Origin: an uncultured Pseudobdellovibrionaceae bacterium
GTDB taxonomy: Bacteria; Bdellovibrionota; FAC87; UBA2466
Direction of reading: 5' to 3'
DNA length: 63,783 nucleotides
NCBI GenBank assembly: GCA_964603655.1
Contig: CAZRVZ010000037.1
Coordinates: 1-63,783 of the forward strand
The notes below the pieces were generated by a model. It did not search any database, had not been told where the DNA came from, and saw only the letters and a list, made by a program, of their open reading frames with translations. The position numbers and the translations under genes were made by a program. Below, piece after piece: positions 46,416-55,281 of the stretch. Within the stretch, counting starts at the first letter, position 1. Each line of letters begins with the position of its first letter.

Positions 46416-47267
46416 ATGAAGAAAACCCCACTCGAACATGATTCTCTCCTCACATTCGTCCTCTACACTCTAGTTGGAGAATTTGTGAAAACGGGGTTTG
46501 GCATATTTTTCTATGTGTGGTTGCCGATGGCTTTTCTGATCGGTTGCGGCGAGCCGCCTCCATACTCAATCGCGACTCTAGTTCTCACGGGCTCTGTTTC
46601 GCCCGTGCATACGTTTGGAACCCACTCTTTCAATCTCTTCAATCTCATCAATTTTTCCTCGGGGCTACTGTTCGGCCAAAAGAGCTTTGCGGCCGCGGGT
46701 TCCGGAAAACCTCTCGCTGTAAACGTAACTTTTTACAGGCTTTACGCCAGCGCCAAGGACGATTGTTCCTCACCGGTTCTGATTCACGATTACGGGCAAT
46801 TCGGAGCGGAAAAGGACCTCTCGTTTGATCCTGTTCTGTTTTATGGAAAACCATCGGAAACGAAGTACAAATGCCTCGCTATAGAAATGGACGATAGTGT
46901 TTCGTTTCGTCCAGACGCAACGGCCGTCAAAAGTTTTCCCACGGCCTGTACCGATACAACGATGGAGTATACATCGGATCTCTACCGGTCTGATGATGCG
47001 CTGGCCTGGACGAATCTCTCCGGCAGCACAGTTACCGCGCGCGGCACTCAGCTGGCACCCATTACCGACCGAATTTTTTTGTTTGCCTCGACGTCTCCGG
47101 TTCGAGTCGTCAATGGCCCGCCGAAGGCGCAGTCAAGCCAGGTGTCGCAGTTATTCATTGCGGTCGAGGCACCTACAAGTTTGGTGTTTTACGCCGATTT
47201 TGAAGATCGCGTCAGCGGCGCCGGTTCGCGGTGCCATCTTAAAGGCCCGACATTCGGATTCCGGTGA
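46416..47267 (+). CDS. hypothetical lipoprotein
   Basis: Lipobox-like AFLIGC. The real start may be the M at 46527. No recognisable domain. Cys-containing, beta-rich. Confidence 0.5.
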   Translation: MKKTPLEHDSLLTFVLYTLVGEFVKTGFGIFFYVWLPMAFLIGCGEPPPYSIATLVLTGSVSPVHTFGTHSFNLFNLINFSSGLLFGQKSFAAAGSGKPLAVNVTFYRLYASAKDDCSSPVLIHDYGQFGAEKDLSFDPVLFYGKPSETKYKCLAIEMDDSVSFRPDATAVKSFPTACTDTTMEYTSDLYRSDDALAWTNLSGSTVTARGTQLAPITDRIFLFASTSPVRVVNGPPKAQSSQVSQLFIAVEAPTSLVFYADFEDRVSGAGSRCHLKGPTFGFR

Positions 47268-47523
47268 GGCTTTCAGGAGCTTCGCTGTAACGCTGCGCAT
47301 TCAATACTGCTCTTTTCGAGCCCCCGTGGTTGACTCATACTGTTAAGTAATACTGAGGATTTATCCGATAAATATTAAGCATGCGTATTATTGAAAGGAA
47401 GCTTCGTGTAGTTGATTTGGTAAAAAAGAGGTCGTCGTTTTTCCTGTTTTGTGCCAGAGGAATTCTTGCCGTGGCAGGACGGGTTGAAAAGACTGGCAAA
47501 GTTAGCGTGAGACGCTGAAACTA

Positions 47524-48648
47524 TTAGGCGAACGCCCCGCAAAGAGTCTCCACAATTCGCCCTCCGGCCTGCCCGTCGCCGAAGGGCTGGCGGGTAACCC
47601 GCATCATCGGGTACCGTGGATTCGAGTCGGTCATGAGTTCGCCCATGACATCGTAAATTCGATCGGCGTCGGTCCCGACCAATACAGCGGCGCCGCAATC
47701 GACCGCCTCCTGCCGTTCCGTCGATTCGCGCAAAACCACGACAGGTTTTCCCAAATAAGGCGCCTCTTCCTGTATGCCGCCGCTGTCGGTAACCACGAAT
47801 CGACAATCCCGAATCAGTGCAATTGATTCCAGATAGCTCACGGGTGGAATGAGGCAAATGTTTTTCGTTTTTGCCAACCACTCTTCGGCCATCCGCCAAA
47901 CGTTGGGGTTTGGGTGCACCGGGTAGACGATTGCCGTTTCGGGATAGGCCTCTGCAAAACGCCTGATGCCCTGAAAGATGGATGCGAGCGGGACACCGAA
48001 ATTTTCACGTCTGTGGGCCGTGAGCAGCACGAAATCCTTATGCTTTTTAAATGTGTCTGGAAGCGTTGGGTTTTGGGTGAGGCCCTCCAATAACGCATCG
48101 ATGCCGGTATTTCCCGTCACAAAAATAGTGCCGTCGGCGTGTCCTTCGCGCAACAGCTCCCTCCTGGCCCCCTCGGTGGGTGCAAAATGAAAATCGACTA
48201 CCGGCGCGACAAGACGACGGTTTATCTCCTCGGGGAAAGGGGAGTGCTTGTTGCGCGTCCTTAGACCAGCCTCTACGTGCGCAACCGGAAATCCTTGATA
48301 AAATGCGGACACAGCGCCTATCAGTGCGGTCGTTGTGTCTCCCTGCACGATGACGACCGAGGGATTGACCTCTTTTAAAACCGGACGAAAGCGCAGCATG
48401 AGTCGGGCAGAGATATCGAAAAGATCCTGGTCCTTCGACATGATGTCCAGATCGATGTCCGGCTTGATTCCAAAAACACCGAGGGTTTGGTTGGAGAGCT
48501 CACGTTGCTGACCAGTATTACAAACAATCACCTCCATTTTTCCGGACTCACCGACTCGCTTGCGATTCGAATCCCGGAAGGCAGAAATGACCGGCGCCAG
48601 CTTGATGGCTTCGGGGCGAGTGCCTAAAATGATGAGCGCCTTTGACAT
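47524..48648 (-). CDS. wecB: UDP-N-acetylglucosamine 2-epimerase (non-hydrolysing)
   Basis: ILGTRPEAIKLAPV start, VQGDTTT, HVEAGLRT and DSGGIQEEAP motifs. Confidence 0.9.
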   Translation of the reverse strand: MSKALIILGTRPEAIKLAPVISAFRDSNRKRVGESGKMEVIVCNTGQQRELSNQTLGVFGIKPDIDLDIMSKDQDLFDISARLMLRFRPVLKEVNPSVVIVQGDTTTALIGAVSAFYQGFPVAHVEAGLRTRNKHSPFPEEINRRLVAPVVDFHFAPTEGARRELLREGHADGTIFVTGNTGIDALLEGLTQNPTLPDTFKKHKDFVLLTAHRRENFGVPLASIFQGIRRFAEAYPETAIVYPVHPNPNVWRMAEEWLAKTKNICLIPPVSYLESIALIRDCRFVVTDSGGIQEEAPYLGKPVVVLRESTERQEAVDCGAAVLVGTDADRIYDVMGELMTDSNPRYPMMRVTRQPFGDGQAGGRIVETLCGAFA

Positions 48649-48676
48649 TCCAGTATTCGAAGGTCTGTTCGAAATG

Positions 48677-49933
48677 CTAATTAAAATACCGACGGATAAC
48701 CGTTTCGGTCTCCTGTTTGCCTATCGGGCTAAAGCCCTTATCCGAACTGCCATGCAGTCCCGGAGAGACCGAAGCATCCCAGAAGACTATGCCGCGAAAC
48801 CAGTCCCAACCGGGCTCCCAAAAAGCCCTGAACATTGCCTCGTAGGCCGCCGCCTGGTGAGAGATATTCAGAGTTCCTGGCCCCGCGTAAGTAAAGGGAT
48901 CGATAAAACCTTTTTCCACGCTCCGAAATCCCACCTCTTTGAACCAAATGGGGACCTGTTTTCCAATGACCGATTCAATTTGAACGACCGTATTATCGAT
49001 TTGGGACGCGTAACGCTCGGCAGTTTGGGTGAGAACTGAAACCAGCTCGGAATAATCGTTAGGAATCTGCTGCTCTTTCGTCGCAAGGGAGCGGTAGATG
49101 TCGACACCGATTCCGTCCAGTCCCGACCAGAAGCCGACCAGATCCTTCCAAATCAGATTTTCCGCCTCGTTCTGGGGGTGGGCCAAATCAACCAAACGAT
49201 AACGCCAACGCGCCAACTCACCGCCGAATTCCGCCAGACTTCCTGTTTGAATTTTATCATCGGTAAAATTGACGTCATACATCAGTTTGGTATTCGGTAA
49301 CTGACCCCTTACATAATTCAGAATCGACAGCCACCGCCCGGGAAATCCGTGCGGGTGCGCCAGCCATTGATCCTCGATACCTACAGTCATAGAATACAGC
49401 TCGGCCGCCAGGGTGAACTCGTCCGCCCGACCTAATTTCGCTATCAACAGGTATATATCCAGATAAGTTTTGAAAGACTCAAACCACGCATTCGGATCAG
49501 CCGGCTGGATGTTGCCATGCCACCATATCTTTTTGTCACCATTGGGCAGAACCTCGATATACGGCGTGTTTCCCTGAGCATCCACCACCAGGAAAATGGG
49601 GCGAATCCCTACCTTCATTCCCTTAGCATGCAGGTAATTCATGAAGCGTTGATAGCGCTTGCGCTCCTGCGGCCTATCGCCTGGCGGCGTCATGGGCGAA
49701 AGTTCGACACCTCGAGGATTTCGCATCACCGCTCGGGGGATCAGATTGATCTGGCGCACTCCAAGAGCAAAAAGCTCATCGACGCGATTTTGAGCCACTG
49801 TCTGTTCCCCGCTTTCCGCCGCATCGTATTTGAAATTACCGATTTCGGTCAGATTGAATCCCCGAACATATTCAGAATTACCGAACACCAATGAAGATAT
49901 ACCAATGGTGAATAACCCCAAGATGATATGCAT
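48677..49933 (-). CDS. secreted TIM-barrel glycoside-hydrolase-like protein
   Basis: Signal peptide. Candidate acid/base (FTLAAELYS) and nucleophile (IWFKEVGFRS) glutamates spaced as in clan GH-A enzymes. The family is not identified. Confidence 0.45.
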   Translation of the reverse strand: MHIILGLFTIGISSLVFGNSEYVRGFNLTEIGNFKYDAAESGEQTVAQNRVDELFALGVRQINLIPRAVMRNPRGVELSPMTPPGDRPQERKRYQRFMNYLHAKGMKVGIRPIFLVVDAQGNTPYIEVLPNGDKKIWWHGNIQPADPNAWFESFKTYLDIYLLIAKLGRADEFTLAAELYSMTVGIEDQWLAHPHGFPGRWLSILNYVRGQLPNTKLMYDVNFTDDKIQTGSLAEFGGELARWRYRLVDLAHPQNEAENLIWKDLVGFWSGLDGIGVDIYRSLATKEQQIPNDYSELVSVLTQTAERYASQIDNTVVQIESVIGKQVPIWFKEVGFRSVEKGFIDPFTYAGPGTLNISHQAAAYEAMFRAFWEPGWDWFRGIVFWDASVSPGLHGSSDKGFSPIGKQETETVIRRYFN

Positions 49934-49978
49934 GCAATGCTCCCTAAGATCCCTAAAGGAACTAACTACCTTTAGGGA

Positions 49979-52141
49979 TTAATCCGCGACCTTTACCAGT
50001 TCGAGGGGAAACCGAATACCGCTTCCCCCCATGATAAACACTCCTTTAAAAAACATTCCTTGTGCGGTGAACTGACCCCTGACGTGGTGCGAACGAAAAT
50101 CCGTTTCAGTTTCACCGGATGTAAAAAAAACGGCAGCCTCGGGTCGTTCCCAATACCCCTCGGCCAATCCAACCGATTGTTCATTGAAGCGAAACTGGGC
50201 GCGCAGAGATTCCTCGAGGTGAGTGACCGAGAGCTCGACGATCTTGCCACCGACCGTACCGCGGTAATTACCCGTAAGACTATCGGGTGAAATGGCCAGG
50301 CCATATTGAGCCTGATATTGGGCGGTTTGGGTCCCCGTGACCGAGTGGTACGCAGCCCCGTCGAAAAACCGTCCCAAAATCTTGTAAGATTCTTGGGATT
50401 TCGTGAGCTGAAAGGTCAAATAATGGTTGGAGCTACTTTTAACAAGATGGGAATACTCCTTATTATAATGAACCGCCTCGAAGGTGTTCGTCTCGGGTGA
50501 CTGGGTAACATGGAAGAACGTGAAGTCCCGTCGCTCCGATCGTCCATTGAACGATAGCACTGCAAAGAGGGTCCCATAATCTCGGAGGGTCAGGGTCAGC
50601 GTTGCGGGGGACCCGTCGATGAACACACCATAGGTCCCCTCAATTCCCGTATTTAGCACCCGCATCATCACCAGCCGTCGCCGAAAGCGCGCCATTTGAT
50701 CCATTGGTTCCGTCAACTGCAGGAGCTTGAACTCGGCAAGTAACTTATCAACGAAGATTAAGAGCATTGGGTACTGACGATCCGGAACGCGCTGAAATCG
50801 GTAAGCGCTCTCGACCGCCTCGGAAAATTCGACTCTTATGAGCAGGGTCAACGATGCTAGAAACCGTGAAATCCAGACTTCATCCAATACGCCTCCAAGG
50901 GAAAGCAATCGCGCCACCACCTCGGTGTTCGTTCTTCCGATACCCTTAGCGATCTCATCGCTTCCAACCAGGGCAGGAGATTTTCTCAACTTCTCAACGG
51001 CGAGTATCAACCAATGGGTGGGGCCTACCAGTCCCTCCGCGGTCGAAGACTTAAGCGATCGCTCCGCCGCATAATCCGAAAGCCGCTGGAAGGCGCCACC
51101 CGATTCGAGCCTCGGTACCCATTCGGAAATTTCGGAATCCGACAGCGAGAATGTCAACGATAGCAGACGCCCCACCAGGTTCGACTCCAAGGATTCAAAC
51201 TCGTCCAACACATAGGGGAGAACCAGCATCACTCGCAATAATGCGATGGCTTTACCCACGGACCGGTGTAACTCCAACGCGCGCACACGATCGGTCAACG
51301 TTACGGCTAGTTTTCCGTGCAATGTCGCCAGCCGAGCCCGGCTATCGTCATCCGCCCATCGCAAAAATGCATCGATTATCGCAAAATCATCGCGGTCCAG
51401 CTGAATAAATTTAACCGCATTTCGGGTGACCACTCGGGCAAAACGGGCCAAGGCATCCATTGCAAGCGATCCGGGTGCGCCGGGCAAGGCCGCCTTCAGC
51501 GCGTCGAGAATTCGCAAATAGGGAATGAGTTTCGGCCCGTCGGAGAGATTCGTCACGACAGGTTCTGCATCCGATAATGCGCGAATAAACGCCGCCGGAT
51601 CCTGTTTAGCTAATTCCAGTAATCGATCGGGTGATGGCAATGCGGGCTCAATTGAACCACCTCCGGGCTCACCGCCGGGTTCACCCCCTGTCTCTACTGT
51701 CGTTGAAAACACATACCCCTTTTCGGGCACGTCTTTGAAACTGCAAGCGGGCCGCGGATTTACCATCCGGCACACACACAGAACGATTCCATAAGGACCG
51801 TATGTTCCTTCGGAAACAATAGTCTGTACCGGTTTAATCTCACCGGTCTCAACGTTAAGCGCCATAATACTATTGGGGTCGTTCGGGGCGGACTCGGAAG
51901 ACCAGACGAACGGTGGCAATTCAAATTTATCAAAATCCTTGACGATAGTGGCCAGGGCCGGCCGATGACTTCTCAACTCCTGAATCGTGGGAAACTGGTA
52001 ACGGTAGGTAGACGATCCCAAGCAGTGCATTTTTGCAATCCGGTAAACCGACTCGGTTGTGATGGGCAGCGACCAGTATGTCTGGGTGGGCGCCGCCAGT
52101 GAAATCCCAGTCACGAATGTCAAAAGCAGAAGATGTTTCAT
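49979..52141 (-). CDS. large secreted protein of unknown function (720 aa)
   Basis: Trimmed to MKHLLLLTFVTGISLAAP. Cys-containing N-domain with PTIQELRS (DUF1566-like), then a GGEPGGEPGGG linker, a helical Leu-rich middle and a beta-rich C-domain. Confidence 0.6.
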   Translation of the reverse strand: MKHLLLLTFVTGISLAAPTQTYWSLPITTESVYRIAKMHCLGSSTYRYQFPTIQELRSHRPALATIVKDFDKFELPPFVWSSESAPNDPNSIMALNVETGEIKPVQTIVSEGTYGPYGIVLCVCRMVNPRPACSFKDVPEKGYVFSTTVETGGEPGGEPGGGSIEPALPSPDRLLELAKQDPAAFIRALSDAEPVVTNLSDGPKLIPYLRILDALKAALPGAPGSLAMDALARFARVVTRNAVKFIQLDRDDFAIIDAFLRWADDDSRARLATLHGKLAVTLTDRVRALELHRSVGKAIALLRVMLVLPYVLDEFESLESNLVGRLLSLTFSLSDSEISEWVPRLESGGAFQRLSDYAAERSLKSSTAEGLVGPTHWLILAVEKLRKSPALVGSDEIAKGIGRTNTEVVARLLSLGGVLDEVWISRFLASLTLLIRVEFSEAVESAYRFQRVPDRQYPMLLIFVDKLLAEFKLLQLTEPMDQMARFRRRLVMMRVLNTGIEGTYGVFIDGSPATLTLTLRDYGTLFAVLSFNGRSERRDFTFFHVTQSPETNTFEAVHYNKEYSHLVKSSSNHYLTFQLTKSQESYKILGRFFDGAAYHSVTGTQTAQYQAQYGLAISPDSLTGNYRGTVGGKIVELSVTHLEESLRAQFRFNEQSVGLAEGYWERPEAAVFFTSGETETDFRSHHVRGQFTAQGMFFKGVFIMGGSGIRFPLELVKVAD

Positions 52142-52163
52142 CGCCCCCCAAAAAAAAGCACTA

Positions 52164-53909
52164 TCAGTCAATTTCAATCGGATCCGGTCGATTCGGTACC
52201 TGCGATTGATTCTCGATCCAACTTTTCAAATCAACAAATTGATATCCGTTCGTTTTCGCCCCTCGAATTAAACGCCGGATCGGTTCAACATCTCCGGTAA
52301 ATTTACCCGCACCCGCCTCGCTAGTCTCCTCTAAAAGAAATGGGTGGATGAAAAACGATCCCCAGACATCTCGTAATTTGCGGTTACGCCGCATCATGCG
52401 CACCATGTCAGGCACAGTTTGTGCCTTGAATACCTGCTCGTTCATGAAGGGTTGCAGATTTCCAATATTTTCGGGAATGATCCTCTGCCCAAATACATCG
52501 CCGAAAATTTCATAGGGAAAAAACTGCCCGTTCGGTCGGTCTTCGTGAGTGGTGACGCGGAGGTCAGATAAGAATTTTAACTGATCCGAAATTGACGCCA
52601 CAGATCCCAACCTCATCGAGGACGGCAATCGCTTCTTTTGGGCAGCGTGGAAGGGGAAGTAGATGACTCGTCCAGCCGACCACTCAAAAAGCTGTCCAAA
52701 TAGAATCGAGTCGAGCGCCGATGCCTGGTAGTGTGGCGTCACCCAACCAATCGGTTGGATGCCCGCGCGATCGACCAGTCCCCAACCTTCACTTAATCGA
52801 CGAGTCACATATTCCGGCGAGTCTTCACCTATCGGCCTATTGCGAACCCGGTCCCAAAACTCGAAATCATCACCGGTGATCGCGCTAAACGGGTTCGGCG
52901 TCTCGCCGTATTGGTGAGTGACCCCGTGGAGAAAAAACGATGCCCCCGACTCTTTGGCCCGATGGAGCGCGCTCAAGAAGAGCGGCGCCTGAGTCAGCGG
53001 AACGAATGTTTCCAGCGGATCGGACGTCGTGATTTTCAGCGGATCGCGAAATACCGGGACCAGGGTCGCGCTAAAGGGGATCCCCTCACTTTTAAACAGA
53101 TCGACCATTCGGTGAATCTGCCACGGCGGCACGCGCGGGTGGAGATCCTCGAGTCGGAAAAGAGCCACTTTCTTTTCATGGCGGGGCTTTTCACCCAAAA
53201 TATCAAAAAGGAGATCGGCCATAATAAGGTAGCGATCCGATTCCGTCGCAAAGCTGAACGGACTCTCCGCCACCAACCACCGATTACCCTTCCGTAATAC
53301 ATAGGGCGTGGATATGTTTTGAGTGGAATGACTGGCCATCGCAATTGCTTCCACCTGTGGGCCCAGCGGTTCGTAGAGAGCAATTTCATAGGCGGCGTTG
53401 AGTTTTTTGGGGTCGGCACTATCCCAGCCGGCATATTTTTCAAACCGTTCACCGAGATAATCGTAAAACCGAAAAAACCCGGGAAAACCTTCGGGGTCCT
53501 TTTTCTCATCAAGGATTGATAACCCCAGGAAGCGCACTCCAAAACTCTTCTCCAAAACATCGGACTCCAACTGCCACGCGTTGTAACCCATCCAAACTAG
53601 GGTTCGAGTGGTGGCCTCGAGATCGGAGCGAAAACTCACCGGCAAGGGATTGTCATAATAGGTGCCCAGGTAAAAATTTACCTTACAAAGATCGAAATCG
53701 CCTTTTTGATATTTTTCAATGGGTGCCACTCGCTGCTGGTACTTCGGAAAATGACCCAACAGGTTTTGTAAGAGCGTCGCATGTACTCGGCCAAATGTGT
53801 AACGGGGAACAACCTGTTCGACCCGATCATAAAAGATCTGAATGCACTCGGTTGCCATCGAAGCCGAGGTCGCGCACACGACCAAAAATACCGGAAGCCA
53901 TCGGATCAT
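52164..53909 (-). CDS. DUF2334-like polysaccharide deacetylase-fold protein with an extra N-terminal domain
   Basis: FRLEDLHP..., LHGVTHQYGE...DFEFW and WVTPHYQAS resemble DUF2334 (divergent CE4-like) motifs. Signal peptide. Overlaps the GT2 stop by 4 nt. Confidence 0.55.
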   Translation of the reverse strand: MIRWLPVFLVVCATSASMATECIQIFYDRVEQVVPRYTFGRVHATLLQNLLGHFPKYQQRVAPIEKYQKGDFDLCKVNFYLGTYYDNPLPVSFRSDLEATTRTLVWMGYNAWQLESDVLEKSFGVRFLGLSILDEKKDPEGFPGFFRFYDYLGERFEKYAGWDSADPKKLNAAYEIALYEPLGPQVEAIAMASHSTQNISTPYVLRKGNRWLVAESPFSFATESDRYLIMADLLFDILGEKPRHEKKVALFRLEDLHPRVPPWQIHRMVDLFKSEGIPFSATLVPVFRDPLKITTSDPLETFVPLTQAPLFLSALHRAKESGASFFLHGVTHQYGETPNPFSAITGDDFEFWDRVRNRPIGEDSPEYVTRRLSEGWGLVDRAGIQPIGWVTPHYQASALDSILFGQLFEWSAGRVIYFPFHAAQKKRLPSSMRLGSVASISDQLKFLSDLRVTTHEDRPNGQFFPYEIFGDVFGQRIIPENIGNLQPFMNEQVFKAQTVPDMVRMMRRNRKLRDVWGSFFIHPFLLEETSEAGAGKFTGDVEPIRRLIRGAKTNGYQFVDLKSWIENQSQVPNRPDPIEID

Positions 53910-55246
53910 TTTGACACCCCACTGAAAGACGCCCCATTAAATGATGTCCCGCTGAAAACCGCCTCACCGAAATGGCTGGGCAGTTCGTGGTCCGTTTTGA
54001 TCCACCGAATCGTCGATTGAAAGTACCGCGCCCGCAGATCGGTCACAATCGCGGCTATGGACGCAAAGGCATTGATAAAAACACCCACCGGCCACCGGGG
54101 AAATACGCCCAATGCCGCCGCAATCCCGTATACACGACGGGTAGCCACCCACCGCTGTCCCAGGCGATTGAGCATTAACCCGGCATTCACCCACCACAGC
54201 CACCGAACCGCCGTGTCCGTGAAATCCGGGCCATTTGAAATCCAAATCCACGGCAGGGCAAACATCCCAAACATTCCGACGATATTAGAAAATACCACAC
54301 GCCGGTCTCGCCACAAAAAGTAGCGATCGACCCATTTTCCATACCAGCCCAAATTTCGCCCCCCCTGAATGGCGATACCCAGCGTCCAGCGCGTTTTTTG
54401 TCGAACACTTTGCCAGAAGAAATTGGGGAAATATTCGCGAGTCGCAATCCATTCATTCTCGACACGAAAGGTTCCCAGAATCGATCGGGCTCCCAACCGA
54501 AATGCATGGTGGCCCAATTCATAGTCTTCGGTGAGGGACCTTTCGTTCAATAAAGTTCCTTGTTTCGCGATGATTTTCATCCACAGTTCTCGCGAAATGG
54601 CCGTCCCAACTCCCGCAGAAGGCACGGCGGCGCCGAGATAACCGCGAACAACGAGATCCTTGGTGTGGCTCTCCGCGAACTCATCCATATAGGTTCCCCC
54701 AACCCACTGCCACGAGGTTCGCGGCAGCGAAAAGACGGGAATCTGAACGAAATCGTGATCTCGCCAAAGTTGACGGATAAGATCGAAGGCTTGCGGATGG
54801 ACTACGTCCTCAGAATCATGAAGAACAATTCCGGAAAAATCCTGCCCCTGTTCCTTTTCCCAATTCAAAAGCTCGCTCACCACGAAGTTCAGAATCTGCC
54901 CCTTACTGGTAGGTCCACCAGTACTATTAGAAACGAGATGCACATTGGGATGAGTTCTCGCGACCTCTGAAACTTCGCGTTGGGTTGCGGGGTCGTTCGG
55001 ATACGTGCCGACAAAAAAATGAATTGTCGAATCTGGCACCCGCGCGAGATTACCCGCCAGCATTCTGCCGATCACTCCTGCTTCGCGCCACGCCGGAATC
55101 ACGACCGCAATCGGCCCCCCCACAGGAACGGCCACGAGATCGGCCGATCTGGAAAAGTGTCGCGCTCGCGAGCGACACCGCCGCCAGTAGACCCAATCGA
55201 TCCAAAGGTCGTCAACCCCCAGCACCAAGTACACGAATCCCAACAC
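53906..55246 (-). CDS. NfrB-type family-2 glycosyltransferase (exopolysaccharide synthase), short form
   Basis: Long colinear motif series recalled from E. coli NfrB: GVDDLWIDWVYW, FVGTYPNDPATQREV, GPTSKGQILN, LHDSEDVVHP, YMDEFAESHTKD, PSAGVGT, SLTEDYELG, REYFP, VRQKTRW, YFLWRDR, W-KTDHELPS. The protein ends right after the last motif. Confidence 0.75.
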   Translation of the reverse strand: MLGFVYLVLGVDDLWIDWVYWRRCRSRARHFSRSADLVAVPVGGPIAVVIPAWREAGVIGRMLAGNLARVPDSTIHFFVGTYPNDPATQREVSEVARTHPNVHLVSNSTGGPTSKGQILNFVVSELLNWEKEQGQDFSGIVLHDSEDVVHPQAFDLIRQLWRDHDFVQIPVFSLPRTSWQWVGGTYMDEFAESHTKDLVVRGYLGAAVPSAGVGTAISRELWMKIIAKQGTLLNERSLTEDYELGHHAFRLGARSILGTFRVENEWIATREYFPNFFWQSVRQKTRWTLGIAIQGGRNLGWYGKWVDRYFLWRDRRVVFSNIVGMFGMFALPWIWISNGPDFTDTAVRWLWWVNAGLMLNRLGQRWVATRRVYGIAAALGVFPRWPVGVFINAFASIAAIVTDLRARYFQSTIRWIKTDHELPSHFGEAVFSGTSFNGASFSGVSK

Positions 55247-55281
55247 GATCAGTACAGGCGAAAGCCAATCGCTGAATACGT

